Positions 54,441 through 64,000 of a DNA stretch of 64,000 nt are shown here, piece after piece. The DNA is from Eledone cirrhosa (taxonomy: Eukaryota). The first letter of the stretch is position 1; the number at the start of each line of letters is the position of its first letter. The position numbers were made by a program, and so were the translations under genes. The DNA lies in NCBI GenBank assembly GCA_964016885.1, contig OZ024747.1, positions 4,774,001-4,838,000 of the forward strand, written 5' to 3'. The notes below the pieces were generated by a model. The model searched no databases, had not been told where the DNA came from, and was given only the letters and a program-made list of their open reading frames with translations.

Positions 54441-54535
54441 TCTCAATCTCTATCTCACCCTCTCAATCTCTATCTCACCCTCTCTCTACCTCTCCCTGTC
54501 TCTCATATATCTCTCAGCATCCCCCTCTATCTCAC
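53875..54535. repeat. CT-rich low-complexity repeat
   Basis: Direct. Confidence 0.85.
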
Positions 54536-55122
54536 TTTACCATCTGATGCTGATGTTCTCTCACACAACAACACAGACCAAGCGAATATATCTGATAATA
54601 CTGGCAGCAGCACACAACAGCCAGCATTGACTGTACAACTCTACAGCAGGATATACTTCTCACTTCAACAACACAACATTGGACTGGATTTTTACTAACA
54701 ACGGTAAGTGATAATATAATGCTTACTTTTTTTTTTTCCATCTACTTTCACTTTAGTTTTCTCTAACACTCACATTTCTTTCTGAAATTTTCTTTCTTTA
54801 TCTTCTTTTTCTGTGGTCTTTCTACCTCTTCTCTTTCTTTTTCTCGTCATCACCATTTGTTCTTTGATGTTGTGAGCGGCGTGGGTAGATGGAAAGAGAG
54901 AAAAGAATGAAAGAAACATAGAAATAAAGAAGCAGGCTGTCGTTGCTGATGTTGAGTAAGTTGTGGTCATAGTTCGGTCGGCTTTAGTAAAACATGTGTA
55001 GAGTTATTTCATTGGAAATACTTACTGTTAATCAACACAAAATATGAAATACAAACGATGATATAAACATAGATACACGTGTATACGTATATATACATAC
55101 TTGCATACATGTATATATATAT

Positions 55123-55154
<32 letters not shown>

Positions 55155-55541
55155 GTATATATATAGGAGGGGGCGTGTGTCTATGTACATATATACATAC
55201 ATATACATACGCACATACACACATATATATATATATATACACATATATATATATATACATTATATGCATACATACATACACACATACAAACATACATACA
55301 TACATACAAACATACATACATATATATAAATACACACACACACCTATATATATATGTGTGTGTATGTATATATGTATGCATGTGTGTATGTATGTATATA
55401 ATGTATATATATATATATTATATACATACATACACACATACATATATATATATATGCATGTGTGTATGTAGAGGTATGTTTATATATAAACAATGACACA
55501 CGCCCCCATATATATATATATATATATGTATCTATGTATAC

Positions 55542-55602
<61 letters not shown>

Positions 55603-55608
55603 TATGTA

Positions 55609-55662
<54 letters not shown>

Positions 55663-55697
55663 TATATATATATATATATATATATGTATCTATGTAT

Positions 55698-55768
<71 letters not shown>

Positions 55769-56224
55769 CAAACATACACACATACTCCAATAGTGATATA
55801 AACAAGAACTTACCTTATTCAATACCTTTACAGAAGACACCACTATTTATTACCTGTAAGGCGGAGTCTTTATATCCAACATGTAGGAAAAAATTATAAT
55901 TTTAAAATTAAATATTTTATTTTATTCATGTAGGGGAGGCATGCGGCTGGGTGGTTAGGGTGTCAGTCACATGACCATAAGACGGTGGATTCGATTCCTG
56001 GACAGCGCAGTAGGTGTTCTCCAGCAAACTGTTTAATTTCAAGTTGTTCCTTCTGCCAGGTCTTTCGACCGGTAGATATCATCACCTATGGAAACATTCT
56101 TTCCTCGGTCCGATCTCACAATCTGCTCGTTTTCTTTTTAAACATTTTTTTATTTTTTATTCTTTTATTTTACTTATAAAATTGTATTTTCTTCTCCAGT
56201 GATTAGGGGTCCTTTATTCATGTG

Positions 56225-56368
56225 AAAGCGCATGGCTTAGTGGTTAGAGCATTGGGCTTGCAATCGAAAGGTTGTGAGTTCAATTCTCGGACCGGGTGAT
56301 GCGTTGTTTCCTTGAGCAAGAGACTTTATTTCACGTTGGTCCAGTTTACTCAGCTGTAGAAATGAGAT
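56225..56368 (+). mobile_element. tRNA-derived SINE (second family)
   Basis: TGGCTTAGTGGTTAGAG A box, GAGTTCAATTC B box and CCTTGAGCAAGAGACTTTATTTCA. Confidence 0.8.
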
Positions 56369-56984
56369 GATAGGGACTGGGGTCACTATCATTAAATTAC
56401 CCAAGACACCTCCAACGAGATATACCTTGGAGGAGGCCAGCTAAACCTGCAAAGGTGTGAGCTGTCACACACACACACACACACACACACACTTTATTCA
56501 TGTCCACAATTATTTCATGTAGTAAAATGATGAGGGATAAACACTCATTAAAAAAGTCAGAAAATGAAATAAATATCCCAAATCTGATGTGACAAGGTGT
56601 ATTGTTCTGTATTCACCATTAAAACCCAGGAAACGGGAATATATCATCTAAGTCTCTTTTAGGAATGAAAATAATATGTGTAAAAGCAGCATGGTTAAGA
56701 ATATTGCTTCACACTCACGTGGTTCCCGGTTCGATTACATAGAATATTAACCAAGTATCGTCTCTGTCACCTAGCCCCTCGGGTTCCGGATTGATCGATG
56801 CCTTGTGACTTGGGAATTTGGTAGATGGAAACCGTACGGAAGCCCACATTATATTTACAGACGTTTTCGAGACGTTAATAGTATATGTGAAACTTCGGAG
56901 TAAACACATATTACACACACGTATACATATGTATATATGTGTGTGTGTACAAAATACATACATTTATGTGTATGTGTAAACACG

Positions 56985-57017
<33 letters not shown>

Positions 57018-57021
57018 TTAT

Positions 57022-57204
57022 ATACGTTATTCCGGGTTGAATCGGAGGTAACCACAGTAAGTAAGGTACTCAATACATAGCAGAGTATAACAGTTTTAAT
57101 ATAGATGAGATTCTACAGGACTAGAACTGTTTCATTCATTAGAAATCATCATGATGATTTCTAATGAATGAAACAGTTCTAGTCCTGTAGAATCTCATCT
57201 ATAT
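57022..57204 (-). mobile_element. Fold-back mini-element family B: perfect 106-bp palindrome (57099-57204) plus tail
   Basis: 53-bp arms with no spacer, centred in TCATCA|TGATGA. Tail GTAACCACAGTAAGTAAGGTACTCAATAC. In (AT)n. Confidence 0.8.
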
Positions 57205-57947
57205 ATATTTATATATATATATATATGTGTGTGTGTGTATGTCTGTAATTGTTTGTGGCATCTTACCAATTCGATAAATAGGGATCGATAAAATATGCAG
57301 AGTTTCATATGATCAATTAAATCGTTAAAACCCTTAACGATAGTGCTCCAGTATGGTCGCATTCTATAAACTAATATCAGTGGGTTTTTTTTATTTAAAA
57401 AAGGGTAGAAACAATGATTATTTAGATTAATTTAAGCCCAGGTTGATCCTGGGTTACTAGACAAACAAATGACTACTTATTCCAACTGAAACTATCCTGT
57501 CTTTTTAGTGGTAGCTCCGACCAGGTTATTTCTTGGTGACCACAAATATTTACTGAGCTTCAGTTGTTGTCATTGTTGTTGAGGTTGTTTAGCCCACGGT
57601 CGGTTTTGGTCGATCCGACCAAAGATTATAGATATTCCAACCATGACCTGAACGTCGTCTTAGGAATATTTAGATCTACATTATTAAATGAGTATTTCCC
57701 ATCCCTCTCTTTTTTAGACGATAGGGTATTGATTTGCGAAAGTGATGTGACCGCCTAAAGAGGTTCCAGTGTTGTGTCATCCAAACATTATTTAGTTTGC
57801 TGAAATGTGGGACAGTAGTAAGTAGGCGAATGGTGGTGTGATGACGGTGAGAGAGGAGTGATCGTTACAGACCCTGGTCAAAACTATTCTAGCCATTTTC
57901 ATCTTGTCTTTAACTTAACACGCTGAAACCCATTATCCAATGTCTTG

Positions 57948-58120
57948 TTGCGGCACTTTACGCTTTGAGTTCAAATCCCACAGAGGTTAGCTTTGCCTTT
58001 CATCCTTGCAGGGTCGATAAAATAAAGTACCAGTAATGATCTGAGTTCGATTTAATCGACTTTCCCATCCCCCAAAATTGCTGGCCTTGTGCCTAAATCA
58101 GAAACAATTATTATTATTAT
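57948..58120 (+). mobile_element. tRNA-derived SINE, diverged copy
   Basis: GAGTTCAAATCCC...GCCTTTCATCC..GGGTCGATAAAATAAAGTACCAG...AGAAACAATTATTATT. Confidence 0.82.
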
Positions 58121-58485
58121 TATTTTGAGTGATTTGGAGAGGACTTGACTGTTTGTGGTAACAGATCAAGTGACCACATAAATACCGCCGTGTTAGTTTG
58201 ACCGAGAGTGGTCACCTATCTTGGTTTCAAAAATATGAAACAAGAAACATTTATGCAAACAAAACAAATAAAAGTACAAAAAAACATAACAAAAATAAAA
58301 AAAGTAAAACATGGAATGTATTTTTTAATTATGTCATGGATTCAGTTCTTATGCCTTTTAATTACACACGTTTAGTGATCTAATGTGGAATGGTGTGTGT
58401 TAGAGAGGTGATCATGAGAGTAAGTAGGGTGCCCACCTGTATATGTATGTATGTATATATGTGTGTGTATATATATATATATATA

Positions 58486-58673
58486 AAAATCAGGGTGGAA
58501 TCAGTTTGAAACTAGTTAGACCATTATTCAACTGAGTACTCAATACTTGGGGTAGTAGAGTATGGTTATATTATAAAGTGTCGGGACCTGTGGGCTGAGC
58601 TCTTGTCGTTTCAAGCTTGTTCCAGACCGGAACAAGCTATTGAAACGGCAAGAGCTCAGCCGTCAAGACCCTG

Positions 58674-58681
<8 letters not shown>
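58486..58681 (-). mobile_element. Fold-back mini-element family A, copy 3 (diverged)
   Basis: Tail GTACTCAATAC at 58536-46, hairpin AGCTTGTTCC-agacc-GGAACAAGCT and GAAACGGCAAGAGCTCAGCCGTC at 58642-64, in (AT)n. Confidence 0.7.
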
Positions 58682-58743
<62 letters not shown>

Positions 58744-60165
58744 TCAGGAGTACAATATCGAATACGCTTGTTCTTTACTAAGACGTTAGATTATGAATTT
58801 AGAGGAATTTGGCTGCTGTTTCTAGTAGGTTGCGTGACCACTTTGAAATTCTCTCGATGGATCGTATACGACGCATCAGTATTGGTTAATTATATTGACA
58901 AATAAAGAAGGAATATTTAACAGAGTAGCTGATTGGTCTTCTACTTTATTGATAGGCCATATTACTGCTAAAACACAAGCATTGACAACCTGTTGAAGTG
59001 CTTCGATCTTCTGTTATGTTTGTGTTGTGTATTCATTTTACTCAGGAGAATGATGTTACCGATTATTCATGGAGAGAATGGTATCACCCATAAGGCTTTA
59101 TTCTTTCCAAGTTATCAGTGACTGGTAAAGAGATCGAAGATGTTGCCCCCATACTCATGGCATCGCTAAACGTTTGCAATGGATTAAAATCTGCTAAAGT
59201 TAGTGAAGTTTTTAATAGTAATGTTAAACCGGGTGACAGGATAAGTATAAATCTGACCCCCAATAAATCAGGACGCAGAACAGTGGAGCAAATATAACAA
59301 GGTACTTTGTGACACTCTAACAATTCTTCCAATCAACTTCTCCAGAGTGACATTTATTTTATTGGCCATGAATGCGTGAAAGAAAAAGCTAAACCTTGCA
59401 GGATTCGAACTGAGGGTGAAGAGGGGCCGAATGATTACCACAAGGCATTATGTCCAACATTCTAACGATCCTACTAATTACAGCACCTTAACTTGTGAAC
59501 ATATATAGATTTTATGTTGGACTTAAGAATGTTCTGGCAACAGGCGTAGCGATATTGTTCAAATGTTTACTTGACAAACATTTGGTTCTCAGTTCGATTT
59601 CACGGCAAAACACTTTGGGCTGGTTTCTGCGGGACGGTTCCGACTAGTAGATATTATCAGCAATGGAAAGACAAAGGGTAACATTGTTTCTTTGGTCCAG
59701 TTTGACTAATTCCACCCCACTCTGTAAACGAATGAGGTGTGAGATCTTGTCGATCGACTCGATCAATTGTTGTGTCTTGTACGATCTTATTGGGATCCTC
59801 CAGCTCATGTGTGATACATTTAATGTCTCACCAATGGCTCTTGGGTCATTTCAACGAAGTTCACTCTCATACAAGCTTTCATTTGAATATAACTTCCTCC
59901 CTATCTTCAACCAATCACGGAAATGCCATGTGTGATGGTCGCTGCCTTTCTTCCTGTGACTATGACAATAAGACAAATAGTACACGAATAACCATGGGTT
60001 TTGCACCTAGAAATCTTCCCTACACGCCCGAGGCACAAATCTGGGCAAGGCTTTTTTTTCCATTTTGTGAAAGACCAGCAGTCACCCATGCATGCATCAT
60101 CATGGTGCCTGGTGAATGGGAAGAACTGTGATTTCTTTTGAATGAAACAGTTCTAGTCCTGTAGA

Positions 60166-60242
<77 letters not shown>

Positions 60243-60248
<6 letters not shown>

Positions 60249-60430
60249 CTGGCTTCTATGGGAGTATAACTGTTTCAAGAAAATCATCAGGAAAGGGCTT
60301 TCCTGATGATTTCCTTCGAATGAAAATGTTCTAGTCCTGTAAAAGCCAGTTATATATTAAATTTGTTATATACTTTACTAATACATTGAGTACCTTACTT
60401 ACTGTGGTTACCACCGATTGAACCCGGGAC
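60243..60430 (+). mobile_element. Fold-back mini-element family B, opposite orientation, with hammerhead-like core
   Basis: TCATCAGGAAAG-gg-CTTTCCTGATGA centre and CTGATGA-TTTCCTTCGAAT-GAAA. Tail ATTGAGTACCTTACTTACTGTGGTTACC is the reverse complement of the 57022-57076 tail. A further fragment lies at 60131-60170. Confidence 0.72.
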
Positions 60431-60434
60431 ACAC

Positions 60435-60486
<52 letters not shown>

Positions 60487-60554
60487 TATCCAGGCATAAC
60501 TTGAACCGTTAAGGTATATTATCCTTGGTTATGTCAAATATTTATAAAACATTT

Positions 60555-60619
60555 TGTATTTTATCTGATGATAGTGTACCAAAATTTAGGTACCCTTGAA
60601 ATATATATAATAAAATACA
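60555..60619 (+). ncRNA. Minimal type-I hammerhead ribozyme (family C)
   Basis: Perfect 10-bp stem I TGTATTTTAT/ATAAAATACA, CTGATGA at 60565-71, stem II with GTACC/GGTAC, GAAA at 60598-601, then TATATA-TA. Downstream flank is homologous to 52222-52260. Confidence 0.72.
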
Positions 60620-60656
60620 TATGGATTTATAAATATAGTTTCCATTTATTTAATAT

Positions 60657-60696
<40 letters not shown>

Positions 60697-60703
<7 letters not shown>

Positions 60704-60973
60704 GAAATCGAAAATGCACCTGGAGTCTTATTTTAAAAAATATATATATTTATTTGGTTCCTTTACCGGTTTCGCGGTTCTTCTGCTTTTCAAAAGTAGA
60801 GTTGAGATGGAGGGTCTGTGGTTTTTCTCACATCAGATATGAGAAAAACCACAGACGCCCCATCTCAACACTACTTTTGAAAAGCAGAAGAACTGCGAAA
60901 CCGGTAAAGGAACCAAATAAATATATATATTTTTTAAAATAAGACTCCAGTTGCATTTTCGATTTCATCTTTT
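60697..60973 (+). mobile_element. Fold-back mini-element family D: ~134-bp near-perfect inverted arms with degenerate minimal hammerhead
   Basis: Arms 60697-60830 and 60840-60973. CTT-TTGAAAA-GCAG-aagaa-CTGC-GAAA-CCGG-TA-AAG at 60874-60909. Confidence 0.75.
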
Positions 60974-61260
60974 TTTCTTTATACTTTTACTCGTCTAGGA
61001 CACCTCGGTTATTTTTCATTTTGTAAAAAAAACCTCACTTTCTGATATATTTGCGTTGCTATCCTTCCTTGTTATTTACTGTCTCGCTCGCTTTACGCGA
61101 TTTACTTGTCCCAATAGCTTTATTTAGCTATTGCTCGCACCAACCGGACGTATATGATTTTTAAAGTGATGAAATACCAATGAAGGTTGGAAAATCACTG
61201 ACGAAGGACTATTTTTATCATATGTAACCCTTGTGCAACCACGCAGTATTCTCTCTTCTC

Positions 61261-61310
<50 letters not shown>

Positions 61311-61641
61311 TTTAAACATACAGTAATAAACATCACGTGGTCTGGGTTTCAACACGACACTTCTCAGCTGACAGTACAATAGTATAAGTGTCATCACTTA
61401 AAGATTATGAAATCAATATGATAGACACAAGTTCAACTTTCTTACGACAGCTTCAGTAGCTTAATGCTCTTAAGACGAATAGAGAAGAATATCTTTAAAA
61501 TGAGAACACTTGTGAACTTAGATGGTATCTCGATGGAAACAACAGTGATTGTAAGCAGGTAAGCTCAGTGTTTAAAATACACTACAAGACAACCACATAC
61601 AAATACACACACATACACACACACACATACACACATACACA

Positions 61642-61719
<78 letters not shown>

Positions 61720-61724
<5 letters not shown>

Positions 61725-62850
61725 CAGTACAGAGAGACACACTGAGACACATGGAGCCATATATATATATACAGACACACACACACAGCAGTACACAGAG
61801 ACACACTGAGACACATGGAGCCATATATATATACAGACACACACACACAGCAATACACAGAGACACACTGAGACACATGGAGCCATATATATATATACAG
61901 ACACACACACACAGCAGTACACAGAGACACACTGAGACACATGGAGCCATATATATATACAGACACACACACACAGCAATACACAGAGACACACTGAGAC
62001 ACATGGAGCCATATATATATACAGACACACACACACACACAGCAGTACACAGACACACACTGAGACACATGGAGCCATATATATATACAGACACACACAC
62101 ACAGCAGTACACAGAGACACAATGTGACACATGGAGCCATATATATATACAGACACACACACACAGCAGTACACAGAGACACACTGAGACACATGGAGCC
62201 ATATATATATATACAGACACACACACACACACACACAGCAGTACAGAGAGACACACTGAGACACATGGAGCCATATATATATACAGACACACACACACAC
62301 ACAGCAGTACACAGAGACACACTGTGACACATGGAGCCATATATATATACAGACACACTCACACACACAGCAGTACACAGAGACACACTGAGACACATGG
62401 AGCCATATATATATATATACACACACACATACACAGCAGTACACAGACACACACTGAGACACATGGAGCCATATATATATATATACAGACACACACACAC
62501 ACAGCAGTACACAGAGACACACTGAGACACATGGAGCCATATATATATATACAGACACACACACACACAGCAGTACACAGAGACACACTGAGACACATGG
62601 AGCCATATATATATATACAGACACACACACACACACAGCAGTACACAGAGACACACTGAGACACATGGAGCCATATATATATATACAGACACACACACAC
62701 AGCAGTACACAGAGACACACTGAGACACATGGAGCCATATATATATATATATATACAGACACACACACACACACACACAGCAATATACAGACACACACAC
62801 ACACACACAGCAGTACACAGACACACACACACACACACAGCAGTACAGAG
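61720..62850. repeat. ~60-68 bp minisatellite (CAGCAGTACACAGAGACACACTGAGACACATGGAGCC(AT)n..(AC)n)
   Basis: Direct. Unit length varies through internal microsatellites. Confidence 0.94.
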
Positions 62851-63370
62851 ACACGTACATTGGTGATTTTCTGGTCGTTTCTCTTTGTCAATAAGAATAA
62901 GCAGGAATTATACATTGCACAATTTTCAACAGAAGCTGTCATTTCTAATTAAGAAAGAGACAGAAAGAAGACAGGAAATGCTAGGTGGGGGTGGGGGAAG
63001 AACTGTGAGGAATTGGAAAATAAGTATTGAGACTAGAACACTGAAGAACACTGAAGAAGATTGTTAATGAAAACTTGGAGTGACATGATTGAGAGAGAGA
63101 GTGAGAGATAGGGGGGAGGGGGATATATAGAGGGGCGGGGTAGCGAGAGAGGGAGAGAGGGGAGAGAGAGAGAGAGAGAGAGAGGGGGTGTAGGGGGGGG
63201 GGGTAGATAGAGAGGGAGAGAGAGAGGGGGGTAGAGAGAGAGAGAGAGAGAGAGAGAGGGACTTGGGACTTGAGACTGTTGGTTCGGTTGAAACAATGAA
63301 ATGAGAAAGACAGTTAAAAGAGAGTTGATAGCCATGTATGTGTGAGACATTTGTAGAACATGTGTTGAAA

Positions 63371-63399
63371 TACTACTACTACTACTACTACTGCTGCTG

Positions 63400-63431
<32 letters not shown>

Positions 63432-63468
63432 GCTGCTGCTGCTCCTGCTGCTGCTACTACTACTGCTG

Positions 63469-63522
<54 letters not shown>

Positions 63523-63552
63523 TTACTACTGCTGCTGCTGCTACTACTACTA

Positions 63553-63587
<35 letters not shown>

Positions 63588-63925
63588 ACTTCTGCTGCTG
63601 CTACTACTACTACTACTACTCCTACTGCTGCTACTGCTACTACTACTGCTGTTGCTGCTGCTGCTGCTGCTACTATTACTGGTATTACTGGCAGTAGTAG
63701 TGGTGGTGGTGGTGATGGTGGTAGTAGTAGTGATGGTGGTCATGGTAGTAGTAGTGGTGGTGGTGGTGGTGGTAGTGGGGTGGTAGTAGTGGTGGTGGTG
63801 GTGGTGGTAGTAGTAGAGGGGGTGTAAGTGGTGGTAGTGGGTGGTAGTAGTGGTGGTAGTGGTGGTGGTGGTGGTGTTGGTAGTGGTGGTGGTGGTGGTG
63901 GAAGTAGTGGTGTTAATGGTTGTGG
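63371..63925. repeat. (CTA/CTG)n then (GGT/AGT)n repeats
   Basis: Direct. Confidence 0.9.
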
Positions 63926-64000
63926 TGGGGTGCAGTAAATGACAACGTGTATATATTTATTATTGGAACCAATCACCATAAACAAAAGATAGTCTCCAAA

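Noticed and set aside
59660-60130. 130-aa ORF in unique-looking sequence
   Set aside because: No recognisable domain; possibly a decayed LINE 3' end on the minus strand, unsupported.
61195-61255. Hammerhead starting CTGACGA-AGG...CCTT
   Set aside because: The required GAAA reads GTGC and stems I and III are not evident; at most a decayed relic.

Overview
This is eukaryotic, repeat-saturated non-coding DNA. The SINE, LINE and microsatellite make-up suggests an octopus or other cephalopod genome (inference). No host protein-coding gene is confidently identifiable, and almost all long ORFs are simple-repeat artefacts. The real coding remnants are retroelements: a 5'-truncated Neptune-type Penelope-like element (PLE; RT C-terminus plus GIY-YIG, minus strand), two long L1/Tx1-clade LINE copies in (TATC)n plus two 3'-UTR stubs, a young RTE LINE in (TATG)n, and an old RTE fragment. 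There are more than 15 tRNA-derived SINE copies, including a same-orientation cluster at 24.9-27.3 kb, and many micro- and minisatellites. The main signal is about ten short (70-350 bp) non-coding elements, mostly fold-backs and mostly embedded in (AT)n tracts. They belong to at least four sequence families and carry complete or partial minimal type-I hammerhead ribozyme cores. Two families share a GTATTGAGTAC tail motif. They look like a non-autonomous PLE/retrozyme-like system. A separate diverged inverted repeat at 42.4-43.0 kb carries a tRNA-like Pol III unit in each arm.
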